From contig NW_005434631.1 of NCBI RefSeq assembly GCF_000315625.1, positions 513,039 through 577,038 on the forward strand: a DNA stretch of 64,000 nucleotides, in the 5' to 3' direction. Below are positions 37,183-49,526 of this stretch, in pieces. The position numbers were made by a program, and so were the translations under genes. This DNA is from Guillardia theta CCMP2712. Lineage: Eukaryota > Protista > Cryptophyta. Positions within the stretch are counted from its first letter, which is position 1; each line of letters begins with the position of its first letter. Under the pieces are notes generated by a model. It worked only from the letters and a program-made list of their open reading frames with translations, was not told where the DNA came from and did not search any database.

Positions 37183-38723
37183 ATGATGATGATGATGATT
37201 GCAACCATCATCATGGTCATGATATTCAACCATGATGATTGTTTGTCTTAGCCCGACCATCGTCCTCGTAGTGCTCGCTCGCTCCCTGATCTGTGTTCCT
37301 CCCCTCCTCCTCCGAGTGCCTTTCCTGCCTCGTTTCCTCTTCGTTTGCTCGCTGTTGTGCTCTTTCTCCGTACTCTCCTCCATCCCTCTCTTTCCCCTCT
37401 TCATCTTCCAGCTGATCTTCTGCTAGGAACCACCCGGAATTCTGGCCGATCATCGTAGAGGCGCAACCTGTTTTCAAAGATTCCCTTCGAGAAATTGCTC
37501 GCGATGTAGGGCATACTGATTGTAGCTGCTGCTGAAGAAGAAGAGGGAGAAGGAGATGATGACGATAATTCGGAGGAGCAGGACAAGAAAGTTGATAACG
37601 AGGAGGAGGAGGAGGAGGAGGAGGAGGATTTCCACGACGATGGCTAAGATGGTGATGAAGATGACGATTGATATGGCAGAATCAGGGAGTTTACATCCAG
37701 AAAGCAGCTTGGATCACAGACGGACAGAAGATGAAGTTCTACGGGCACAGCGACGCCGGGGGGATGGGCTCCTCACTGTTTCACGACTCTGTCTATCATG
37801 ACGGCTGGTGTGTCGTGTAAGAGACGCTGGGACTCTTGACATGGACTACCTGCAAGGTGTGACGGGAAGATGAACTGCAGCGTGAAGCTCGGGGAGGAGT
37901 ATGAAGTACAGACGTTGGATGTCGTCGAGTAAGCCGTGGAACTCTTTCGTGCTCCCCCCTCCACCTTCCAGCCTTGACCTCCCCTGCCCTCACTCTCCCG
38001 CCTCCCCTCTCCTCCCCTCCTCCCCCCTCTACACTTCTTCCAACTCCTCCCTTCTCCTCTCCCCTCTACATTCCTCTTCTTCCAACTCCTCCCTTCTCCT
38101 CCCCCCTCTACACTCCTCTTCTTCCAACTCCTCCCTTCTCATCCTCTCCGCAGGCTGGTCAAGTCAGTAGCGACTGAGAGCGACTTCGTCATCCTGCGCA
38201 TGGATGTGGAGGGAGCCGAGTACGAGATCGTGAGGAAGATGATTGCCAGTCAAGTCTGTCACTTGACATGCGCACGCGATCTGATTAGGCCCACCAGGTC
38301 GCCTGCTGGATCGACTACTGGGAGCTAGAGGGTCATGCCATGTATGCCCCTCAGTAAGACCATGCAACTCCTCCTCCTCCTCCTCCTCCTCCTCTTGCCC
38401 TCATCATCATCATCATCATCATCACCACCACGACCTCCTCCTCCTCCTCCTCCTCCTCCTCCTCCTCCTCCCCTCCATCATCATCATATCATCATCTTCA
38501 TCAGCATCCTCCTTCTCCTCTATCATTACCACTACTTCCTCCTCTCCCCCGCTGCCCATCTTCCTCCTCATCGCCTTTTCCTCTTCCTTCTCCCTCGTGT
38601 TCGGCTTCGCTGACCTTGGCTCTTTGCGCTCTCAGGAACTACAAGTTTCGCCCGGTCGACCTAGTTCTTCCTTGGCTGCTCAGAGCTTGCGGTGTCGAGA
38701 TGAGAATTTTCCAGTACTACAAG
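36506..38723 (+). CDS. Signal-anchored FkbM-like SAM-dependent methyltransferase; 3' end approximate
   Basis: Hydrophobic N-terminus, coiled coil, VVIELGSNDG, IIVEAQP, GSSLF, DFVILRMDVEGAEYEIV. Confidence 0.75.
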
Positions 38724-39430
38724 GTGACAGCGAAAGTTCTCAATGTTGGAGTGGCCCCTCCTCCTCCTGAGGCTTGCTCCTTCTCCTCTTGCTCCTCCTC
38801 CTCTTGCTCCTCCTCCTGTTGCCCTCCTCCTGAATTTCCTGTTTCCCCATTATTATTCCTCCTCAAACCCTCTACCCTCTCTCATCCTGAGCAACCGAGT
38901 CCCTGCACTACTGAACCACCTCACCCACCCGGCCTCCTCCTCAACATTGTCCTCCTCCTCCTCCTCCTCCTCAGCAGGCGGCTCCCTCCTGCTCAACAAG
39001 TTTCTCCGCAGGCTGACCCGAAGCTGCTGCAGCAACGGGAGGAGATGGAGAGGGAGCAGGTAACTGTGTCCTCTGAGCCTCCTCCAGTCACTGAGGGGAG
39101 AGCAAGGGGAACTGCTCTTGGCAGCTGCTCGGCTATGACGCTTGCTCGGAGACTGGCTCTTGCCAGGGTATCGCAGAGACTTGAGGGTCATGAGAGGAGG
39201 TACCATAACGCCGGGCATGCTGCTGTTTCAGTGGCTGGGCAGCTTCGGATCCCATTCGGGGCCCGGGGCCCGCTCTCAGTACTCGGCCCGGAATCTTACT
39301 GCACTGAAAGACCCAAAAGACAGTAACACAAAACCTAGTACTTCCCTTACCAGCGAGATTGCTGTCCTGCCTAATCCGCTCTTCTGCACGGCATACTATG
39401 CATTTTCCGATGGTATTTACTATTAAGAGT

Positions 39431-39922
39431 ATGCTCATGCTGACCGGGAGGGCTGCTGCTTCACGCCACATCTTGTCCCCAAAGGCCTTGACTCTGTTTG
39501 AAGCCAACGCTGCTCGATCGTCGATTCAGCCCTTGGAGGCTCACGGTTACTGGCACAGGTTGCGCGTTAGGTCTGAGCGTGTTGCGATGCGCGGAGGACA
39601 GGAGAAAGAGAGTACCAAGGAGCGGCATGAAGCAGCCTATGAGTACACCAACATGTCCCTTGAGGCGAAGATCGTGAGATCAGAGAAGATGATTAAAGAG
39701 GTCGATCGAGAAATGGAAAACGCAAAGCAGTGTTTGCTCGATCCAGACATGGATAAGCTCATACATTGGCAGACGAGAATCGAAGTGCTTCGAGCGAAAA
39801 AGAGCATGCTGCAAACAGAAAGGCTTTACCTGCTCGATGAATTCTTTGCCCAGTCTTCGCCCAAGGAGAAAACAGAGGGCTCAAGAGACCATCAGACCTG
39901 CACGTCACCTGATGAAGCCTGA
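39431..39922 (+). CDS. Hypothetical small coiled-coil protein
   Basis: Intronless ORF with a helical E/K-rich C-terminal half. Confidence 0.45.
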   Translation: MLMLTGRAAASRHILSPKALTLFEANAARSSIQPLEAHGYWHRLRVRSERVAMRGGQEKESTKERHEAAYEYTNMSLEAKIVRSEKMIKEVDREMENAKQCLLDPDMDKLIHWQTRIEVLRAKKSMLQTERLYLLDEFFAQSSPKEKTEGSRDHQTCTSPDEA

Positions 39923-40219
39923 AGGCGACGCTAGCGGTGCCGAGCACTGACGACTGAAGGCAAGGGACGGACGAGGCGAAGACAAAGTTTGTCGACAACT
40001 TCGTCACTCAGTCACATGAAAACCAGCGTCTTCTTGGAGTGCTCAGCAACAGCACGAGAGGGAAGGCCAGCAGAAGGACGAAGAAACACTTGGAATGATG
40101 GGGATGGAATATTCAACAAGGACAGCACTCAATCTCGAAGCTATCACATGAAACACGAGTCATCTTCTATCCCATACAGCCTGATACACTTCCATAACCT
40201 CCTCCTCCTTCCCGTCCTG

Positions 40220-41362
40220 GTCGCTGCTGCTAGCACCCCCGTACACCTCTCACCACCACCAGTACACCAGCACGTCGCTGCTGCTAGCACCCCCGTACAC
40301 CTCTCACCACCACCAGTACACCAGCACGTCGCTGCTGCTAGCACACCCGTACACCTCTCACCACCACCAGTACACCAGCACGTCGCTGCTGCCAGCACAC
40401 CCGTACACCTCTCACCACCACCAGTACACCAGCACGTCGCTGCTGCTAGCACACCCGTACACCTCTCACCACCACCAGTACACCAGCACGTCGCTGCTGC
40501 TAGCACCCCCGTACACCTCTCACCACCACCAGTACACCAGCACGAGTCGCTGCTGCTAGCTAGCACCCCCGTACACCTCTCACCACCACCAGTACACCAG
40601 CACGAGTCGCTGCTGCTAGCACCCCCGTACACCTCTCACCACCACCAGTACACCAGCACGAGTCGCTGCTGCTAGCACCCCCGTACACCTCTCACCACCA
40701 CCAGTACACCAGCACGTCGCTGCTGCCAGCACACCCGTACACCTCTCACCAGTACACCAGCACGTCGCTGCTGCTAGCACACCCGTACACCTCTCACCAC
40801 CACCAGTACACCAGCACGAGTCGCTGCTGCTAGCACCCCCGTACACCTCTCACCACCACCAGTACACCAGCACGAGTCGCTGCTGCTAGCTAGCACCCCC
40901 GTACACCTCTCACCACCACCAGTACACCAGCACGAGTCGCTGCTGCTAGCACCCCCGTACACCTCTCACCACCACCAGTACACCAGCACGAGTCGCTGCT
41001 GCTAGCACCCCCGTACACCTCTCACCACCACCAGTACACCAGCACGTCGCTGCTGCCAGCACACCCGTACACCTCTCACCACCACCAGTACACCAGCACG
41101 TCGCTGCTGCTAGCACCCCCGTACACCTCTCACCACCACCAGTACACCAGCACGAGTCGCTGCTGCCAGCACACCCGTACACCTCTCACCACCACCAGTA
41201 CACCAGCACGTCTCGCTGCTGCTAGCACACCCGTACACCTCTCACCACCACCAGTACACCAGCACGTCGCTGCTGCCAGCACACCCGTACACCTCTCACC
41301 ACCACCAGTACACCAGCACGTCTCGCTGCTGCTAGCTAGCACACCCGTACACCTCTCACCAC
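40220..41362. repeat. 54-60 bp minisatellite, about 21 copies
   Basis: Unit GTCGCTGCTGCTAGCACCCCCGTACACCTCTCACCACCACCAGTACACCAGCAC, with +GA and +CTAG variants. Confidence 0.95.
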
Positions 41363-41578
41363 GACTAGTCTTGACTTGTCGGATCGGCGTGAACTCTGTC
41401 AACTCGTTCCACGACAAGTAAGACGCTACTACAGATTGTAACGGAACCCGACGGTTACCCAACGGATTGGTTTTGGATGTTGCTTTTTGACGTCGGGTCA
41501 ACGGATAAAAATGCTGGCGTTGCCAGTGATGTCGACCGACGTCAGAGGGGAGGAGGAGATCCCGTGAGGGAAAGAAGC

Positions 41579-41656
41579 CAAGTGAGAAGAAGGGGAAGAA
41601 GGACGGTAGAGGCAAGTGAGAAGAAGGGGAAGAAGGACGGTAGAGGCAAGTGAGAA
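41579..41656. repeat. 34-bp tandem duplication (about 2.3 copies)
   Basis: CAAGTGAGAAGAAGGGGAAGAAGGACGGTAGAGG repeated. Confidence 0.8.
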
Positions 41657-41984
41657 GGATGGAAGAGGTAGAAGACAGGGAGCTTCGAGGTTGAAATGGA
41701 CCTCAAGGGAGAAATCAGCCATGTGAAGAGAGAGAAATAAATTAAACTCTCTAGCGCAGCCATCTCCATATCTGAGCTCTCTGCTCCTTCTCTCTGTTTG
41801 GATGCGTGTGCAGAGAACTCTCCCATACTTCGATTGCATCTCACGTTGCATAACATTACTAAGATGAGTGCAATCCACATCGTGATGATGTAACATGGTG
41901 ACATGCGAGGAGGGTAGCTGATGCTGTGCATTGCGCAGGTTGATACAGAAACAAACACCGTCAGAGCATCAAAACTTTACCAAG

Positions 41985-42501
41985 ATGGAGGACGCGGCTA
42001 GCAGCAAAAATCCTCTCAACCAGATGAGGAACTGGGAGGCAGTAGTGAGCATCCATGACGACCTGCGCTCCTCCTCCAGCCTCTCACACGCCATGTCAGA
42101 TCATGAAGGAGAACGCCGTCATGAGAGAGTGGGAAGGGTCCTGGGGATTCATGCGGTCGGCGCCTCAGGTACGCAACGACGCGAGGAGTTTTCAGCTCGT
42201 GACGCTTGCATGGCGGCAGAAAGAACGCTTGTTCGAGGTGGGAACCTGCAAGTACTACTCCAAGGGACTCGACGGCACCTGCCAGGCTACGCTCCGCCAC
42301 AAGCGAATCCCCATCCTAGCACGTGCCTCCTCCGAGCTAGAGGACAAGGAGAAGGCGTTGTTGGAGACTAAGATCTGCAAGCAGCGGGAGGGTCCGGAGA
42401 TGACAAGCTCGCAAGCTTACGGTGCCTGCTGTTGCTGTTCCTCCTCGGCGTGACCCGTTAGCAGGGGCAAGAAAGAATATCGAGTTGTTTGGAATTTCTG
42501 A
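41985..42501 (+). CDS. Small protein resembling the C20orf85/LLC1 (ciliary MIP) family, multi-exon
   Basis: MEDAASSKNPLNQMRNWEAV|IMKENAVMREWEGSWGFM..PEMTSSQAYG. Confidence 0.5.
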
Positions 42502-42599
42502 TTTCGGGAGAGGAAAATTGAGCCTCCTCGTGGGAGGGAAGGTCAGCTTGTTGATTTCTGTCGTGCAGTCAACAGGAGCTGATCTTACTGTCAGAGCAT

Positions 42600-44189
42600 G
42601 ACCAAAGGCTTCCGATACATCTGATCTTCAATCTCCTGCTTAACAGCACTCTCTCGCTCTTTTCCCGTCCTTCAAAGTACATGAACATCACCTTCAAAAG
42701 TCTGCAAGGCCTTTGTTGTTTGCCCGTCCTCTCCGCTAAAAATCACGTCGTTCCAGTAATCATGCGCTCCACCGAAGTGAAGCGGATCAAACTTGAGGCC
42801 ACTTCCGTCTTCCTCCTCTTCTTCGTCGTCAGAGCTGCTCTGAGTCTCAGCACACCGAGCGAGGACCATCAGCACAGCATCACCTCTCGATGTAGTTGAA
42901 ATCCGAAGACTTCTTGGAAGATGCTCGAGACAGCATGCTCTGGATGTCTTTATCCTTTCGCTTGACGGCGAAGGACATTGGAAGGCTTCCCCACCTGTCC
43001 TTCCTCAAGGGATCTGCTCCGTGTCTCAGCAGAAGCTCCACCTGTTTATGAACCATCAATAGACATCCCCGCCAACAACCCCTGGTAGCCTCCCCGCCCC
43101 TCCGCCCACGCCCCGAATTCAAACTCCTCTTTTCCCGTCTCTCTCTTCCATTCCCCCTTTCCTGTCTCTTCTCATGTCTTGTCCTGTCCTCTCCCAGCAT
43201 CGCATACCATTTCACGCTGTCCTGTTCTCACAGCAGTGAGCAAGGGTGTGGCTTCGGCGTAGTCAACGATGCTGATGTTACAGCCCAACGAGATCATCTC
43301 TTCTACCAATCGAACATGCCCAGCAAGCTACAATAAAGGTCAGCAGCAGCCCCTCTACCCCCGCCTGCTATCCCTTTCCCTTCCAAACCCCGCCTCTGCA
43401 CTTCTGTCCTATTGCTCCTCCTCTCCCCTTTGCTCCCTGGCTTGCTCTCCTTTCTTGCACTTTCACCTCCCTCAAACCCTCTTGACCTACCACTGCTCGA
43501 TGCACAGGGGTCCGTTGGAGGGAGTCGAAGGAGTTCATGGGTGTGCCCGACTGCAGGAGCAGGCGGATAATCGCTAAATTTCCTTGGTCTGCCGCGAGAT
43601 GCAGCACATTGGTTCCGAACGTAGCTCTGGCAAGGGGAAAGCACGTCTCAGAGCATGGCGAGATCGGAACAGGATTATCACTTCAGCGCTCCTGACGCTC
43701 CTGACGCTACGAGCATGCGAGCAACTGATACGGTAGGGCAGAGCTCGGAGGAAGGAATGGAATGTATCATCTCGGCCTGGCAGTAGGTCATGCAAAGGCA
43801 TCGCTCCATCCCGCATGGCTGCCAAGGACGCAAAGCAACGTAGTGCAATGCCGTCAAGTTCCTGTCGTTAGGGTTGCGAGACCTGACGCTCGCCCCTTTG
43901 CTGATTGCTTCCTCCGCGCCGGAAAGATTCAATTCCCGGCAGGCCTCCCACAGTAGTTGATCCGCGTCTCTCACGGGAGTTGCGCCTGCACCTTATGATG
44001 TAGCTCAACGAGGCGACGAGTCATCGAGACTTTACCTGCCCCATTGCTCTGCTGAGGACCTCCGCTGCTCCCTCCCCTCAAGTTCGCTGGGTCGGCCCGC
44101 CAGCAGCAGTGGGTGACAGTTCCATGCGGGGAAGCGGCTTGGATTGCGACAAACAGAAAAGCGATTGCATAATCCTTCTTTGCTCCCAT
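42600..44189 (-). CDS. Ankyrin-repeat protein with possible signal peptide, multi-exon; 3' end approximate
   Basis: TALHY, LHLAADQGNLAIIRLLLQSG, RTPVHRAV, VELLLRHGADP. Confidence 0.85.
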
Positions 44190-44882
44190 ACTTCGACCGA
44201 TCTTGATAATTCAGACCCGCGTTGTCTACTGGACCTTTCACGAAGATCTATAACGTTGTGTAGTCTAGCAACACGATCATGACTCGACGATTACGAGCAA
44301 GATATTCTAAGGAAGACATATTTGAGTCAGAACATCAAGACAGCATTGATGCATACATGACCTCCCTCCCTCTCCCTCCCTTCCTCCTCTTCTCCTCGGT
44401 TCCCTCCCTTCTCCTTCGCTGCCCTGCCCTCCTCCTCTCTTTCCCTCCTTCACCTCTCCTCCTCCCCCCTCCTCTCCCCAAACTTCTCTTCTCCACCCTC
44501 TCCGTCTCCTCTCTCTCCGTCTCCTCCCTCTTTCTCTCCTCCCTCTCCGTCTCCTCCCTCTCCCTCCCTTCCCTTCCTCTTCCGCTCCCTCCATGTCGTT
44601 CCTATCGGGCGTAATGCAGAGGGGGTTCAAAGGAAGGGGGCCCAAAGTACCGGTCTTACAGCCCACATGCAAAGGGGTAGGGGTACGAACAAAAAGAATC
44701 CAAGTACCGGGTGCTACGAAGGGCAAAGAGGGGGTAGAGGTGATCAACTGAGATACCAAGAAGGGCCACGAGGGGGTAGGGTGGTGAAATTTAGCAGGTT
44801 GGGGTGCTGAGAAGGGGTGGGGAGGGGTAGGGTACTTTGGTTGAGGTCGGTGGGGTAGTGGGGTACGAAAGCGCAGGGAACA

Positions 44883-46741
44883 ATGGCGAAAGTTTTGAGC
44901 TTGTTTGTCCTGATGATGGCGGCGATAGCGATGTGCGAAGGTCGACGAGGACATGGTGACAGGGGAACCCATGAAGACTTCGCCAAGGACAAGAAGTCTC
45001 ATGGCTGCAACCATGGATGGAGCTCGGGATGGGGCAAGGGTTGGGACTGTTGCGGTGGAGCGTGGGGGAGCCGACAAAGTGGCTGCGGGACAGGATGGAG
45101 CTTTTTTGATGGCATGGGACTGGATGGAAACGTGATTAGACATGCAACCGACAAGGTGAGAGGATGGGTGCATGCTGTGCTCTCCAGGACAAGCCCGTCC
45201 TCGAGCTCGTTGGCTGACGAGCTGTTTGTCTGGCCTTGCTGATTGCTGGGTTCCAGGTTCGAGAGCTCAAGTCGAGCATGAAGCACATGGTGGAATCGAT
45301 GCACACGGTCGATATAACGCCCCTCTGCCCCCATCTGAAGAAGAAGAATGACGAGCTGGAAGAACTGCTGCACGACTGTGAACTCAAGGTCAGAGCAACA
45401 ATCGGCGGCACCCCAGAGCTCACAGGTTTCTTCCTTTACAGGTCTCAAAGAATCGTCTCAAGGAAGAATCGAAGCGGGAGGAAACAGAGCAGAGCTGCCG
45501 AAGGAGAATCAACGAGCTCGAGGAGAAGGTTTCTGAAAGATGCTGTGTAACGGGCCGTGGATGACATCGTTTCAGGTGGAAAGGGCCAAGGACAGGGGAC
45601 ACAACAAGAAAGACAGGCTGAGAGATGCGCTGAGCGAGAACAAGATCCTTAGAGCAAGACTTGATGCATGCTCGGAGCAGATGGTTGACTTCACTGCCAA
45701 GCTGAGGGATGCGGAGAGCAGGTTGATGGCTGCGAACGAGCTGCTGAGGAAGGCGAAGGGAGGAGGTGCAATTCAGTCTGTTCCCGACAACGAGGTGGAG
45801 CAGACATTGAGTTCAAAACCTGTTCTTGTCGATGTAAAGATTGCCCGTGTCTCGAGCGAAGGCCTGACCCCCGACGAGCCTCCGTCCGAGAATGCAGCTC
45901 CCTCCGACATCGGACAAGTGAAAACGGTACGTTGAACACGCAGAGGAAGTCTTGGAGTTCATGTCGATTTTTTCAGATGAGCAACGTGAAGGAGAGCATG
46001 CTTGATGTCTGGCTGCTCCTAGTGTGCTTGATCTTGAGCGGTGTCTTCTGCAGCATGCCGTCGGAGCATGAAGAGCAACCGGCTATCGCATGTGAACGTG
46101 AAGGTCAGGAAAGAGATGGAGAGCAGGACGAGGCCAAGGAAGAGGGTCAGGCTGTGGATCAAGATGAGGACAAGCAGGAAGAGGAAGAGCTATCGGAGAA
46201 GCGACATGAAAGAAGGGAGAGTGGACCCACGAACGATGAGGAGGCCGATGACCTCGACGCTGATGACGACCCGGAGGACTTTGCAAGATCTTCTTTGGTA
46301 GAGCCGAAGCCCTCTGCTGTAACGGGAGAGCGACGCGATGCTGAGGGAGACGACATCTTGCAGTCAGATGGAGCAGCTAGGAGGGGAAGCTGTGCCGATG
46401 AACCGGAACATGTTGAGATGGTAGCCCAGGAGGGACAAGGTCAAGTTCAACACGATGGAGAAGAAAGCATTGCAGCAGGTGAATGGCAGGCGGGAGAGGG
46501 AGAAAAGGCAAGAGAAGGAGGACGAGCATCGACAGGGGAACAGGGAGGAGCAAAAGAGGAAGGTGATCAACAGAAGAGCACAGATTTGGCCAACGGAGAG
46601 CAGAATAGCGATGGTCAGACGACCAAGGGGGGGGATGATTTCGGCAAGGGAGCAGGAGCAGAAGCAGAAGCGAATTCCTTCCGCGAAGTTGAAGATTTTT
46701 CTGCCCGACATGATGTCATGACGGGTGGACGTGAAAGATAA
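44883..46741 (+). CDS. Signal-peptide protein with coiled coil and acidic C-terminus, multi-exon
   Basis: MAKVLSLFVLMMAAIAMCEG; Gly/Trp-rich segment; coiled-coil exons; D/E-rich last exon. Confidence 0.6.
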
Positions 46742-46984
46742 CGCTGACGGGGAGGAGGAGGAGGAGGAGGAGGAGGAGGAGGAGGAGGAGGAGGAGGAGG
46801 AGGAGGAGGAGGAGGAATGGGAGCTGATCGAGCGCCCGACGCATCTCGAGAGTGAAAACTTTCACATGCCACATTAACATCACCAACAATGAGCGGTGAA
46901 TGAGTTTGAATCTGGAAAAAATAATATCTATCTTGAACCTGGCCAAGCAATCAGAGTCAAACATGCGCCAAACAACATGACAAG

Positions 46985-48623
46985 TCAAAACCTTGAAATG
47001 ACTGCACCACCAAAGTCCCGTTGAGAGCTATGATAATGAGCGCGACCAGCCATGCGATGACTTGTGTGACCTTCGAGTTCGCGTACTCGCCCATCAGCTG
47101 CTTGTTGCCAGTGAACATGACGAGCGGAACCACGGCGAAGGGCAGCTGCAGGGAGAGAACGATCTGAAAAACTCAACTTCAGTGTTTTCCTTCCTCCTCC
47201 TCTCCCCCCTCTCCCTCCTGACCTGGCTGATGATCAACAAGTTGTTCACTCCTCCATCGCCCGTCGCGAGCAGCATAATGAGCGCCGGCAGGATGGCAAC
47301 TAGACGAGTCCCAATCCTCAAGATGTAGCCCTTGACCTTCTTGTTCAAGAATCCCTCCATCACCACTTGCCCCGCAAGCGTCCCCGTGATCGTACTTTGT
47401 TGTCCGCTTGCAAGCAAAGCGCATCCGAAGAGGATGGAGGACAGCTTCGAGCCCAGCACGCGAGACAGCAGCTCCGACGCCTGCCCAATGTCGGCCACGT
47501 CGTTGTGCCCCGACCGGTAGAAGGTCGCCGCCGACACGACGAGGATGGCGGCGTTGACGAAGAAGGCGAGGACGAGAGACAGGTTGCAGTCCATGGTGGA
47601 GTACAGGACGGCCTTGGCGATGGCAGAAGACGATTTTGACTTGTCTCGCACCTGCACGAGGCTGCTGTGCAGGTACAGATTCTGCGGCATCACCGTCGCT
47701 CCAAGGATGCCGACGCCGACGAAGAGCATGCCAGGGTTGGTGATGAGGCTCGCCGACGGCACGAAACATCCCTTGAGCATCTCGATTCCGTCGGGGCGGG
47801 CGAAGGCAAGCTCGACAGCGAAGCAGACGCAGATGGTGGTGATCATGGCGACGATGAGGACCTCGATGATACGCATGCGGTTCTCCCCTATGACGAGGAG
47901 GACAAGGACGTCGAAGGCGGTGATGACGACTCCCCATATGAGGGGGATCCCGAAGAGAAGGTTGAACGCGATCGCTGACCCGATCACCTCCGCAAGGTCG
48001 CACGCACAGACGGCAAGTTGGGCCGTGACCCACAGGAACCTGTAGGTCCACTTGGAGTATCTCAGCCGACAAGCCTACAAGGCGTGCAGTCAGCAAATGT
48101 GACGGTACAGATGAAAAGGAGGAAGACGAGGACGAGGGAGAGAGAACAATGGAACCTGAGCCAAGTCAAGCTTCGTCACCAGTCCCAACCTCAACGAGAG
48201 CGTCTGCACAAACATGGCGATGATCGAAGACAGCAAGACAACAAACAAGAGCTGGTAGTTGTACGCTGACCCTGCTTGCAGATCTGTCGCCCAGTTCCCG
48301 GGATCCATGTAGCCAACAGCGACAAGGGCACCGGACCCGACGTAAGGCTTCACCCTCGACCAGCATCCCTCTTGCTTCACCAGGGACATGTCATGCTCAC
48401 ATCCTAGCAGATCTGAATGTGAAGTCTCGCTGACCTCCGTTTCTCGAGTCGAGAACTGAGTTGAGGTGGGAGCGGGTCCGTCCTTTCCCCCCTCGACCTC
48501 CCTCATGATGCTGGTCAGGTCGTCCAACTCCATCTTCGGGGACACCACCCGCAGCGCCAGCACCACGTCCTGGTTGTCCACCGCCGAACTGAGCTCCACG
48601 CCAGATCGATCGATCTCGATCAT
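46985..48623 (-). CDS. NRAMP: NRAMP/MntH-family divalent metal transporter, 3 exons
   Basis: VAVGYMDPGNWATD, DLAEVIGSAIA, GATVMPQNLYLHS, ASGQQSTITGTLAGQVVMEGFL, SQIVLSLQLPFAVVPL. Confidence 0.95.
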
Positions 48624-49526
48624 GGCGTTTGAGCTGGGGCTGCGGACAACAATGGCATGTCATGACTGGTGGAATAAGCATCTCTTTTGTCTTTGCGAGG
48701 ATGTCACCTCAGCGATCTCATCGAGGTTTTGGTTCTCGTTCTACCTTCCTCTGTCTCCTCCTCCTGCCTTGTTCCATCATCTCCCCAGGCCTAAAGCGCT
48801 TGCTTTCACTAGCTATGCAAACTCGAGAGAAATTGCATCCTCAACAAACACAACTCACGCGTGCTGGGTTGGGATATCTGCTGCAAGGTATCTTTCCTCA
48901 AACTTCACTCCTCTACCTCCATATCAGTTGACGTTCTTCTCCTCTCATACATCTCTACTCTACTTGCACCACAATCCAGAAAGTTCTGTTTCCTGTTGCT
49001 CCCTTTACCAGGGCTCGCTCCCGTCTCCATCCTACCAGCTCCTCAGCGATGATCTGCATTTCTACCTGAGACCTTCTCCTTATTCTTCAGTGCCAGGAAG
49101 TCATCTCACCCCTCTTCCTTCAATCTCCACAGAACCTCAAACAGGCCAACCCCCGCCAGCCTCCCTCCCTCCCTCCCTCCCTCCCTCCCTCCCTCCCTCC
49201 CTTTCTCAAACCTCTCCTATCCATCTCTGTCTCGTCCCTCAATGTAAGTCTCTTCCTCCTCCTCCTCCTCCTCCTCCTCCTCCTCCTCCTCCTCCACACT
49301 TCGTGTGATGCCCTCATCATACTGACCCATTTTCACCCTTATCCACCTGAACTACCCTACCCCAACATTTATGAGTCTCCAAACAATCACCCCCATAATC
49401 ACCCCTCCAATTTCCCAGAAATTCACCCCTCTTTTGACCTAAAACCTACCCACCCCGTTGTGTCCATGTCGCTTGCTTGTAGGATAGTCACTTGTGTATG
49501 AGGGGGATGAGAATTTGTCTTTTTGG

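Noticed and set aside
40220-41362. CRISPR-like array
   Set aside because: Units are contiguous with no unique spacers, there are no cas genes and the context is eukaryotic
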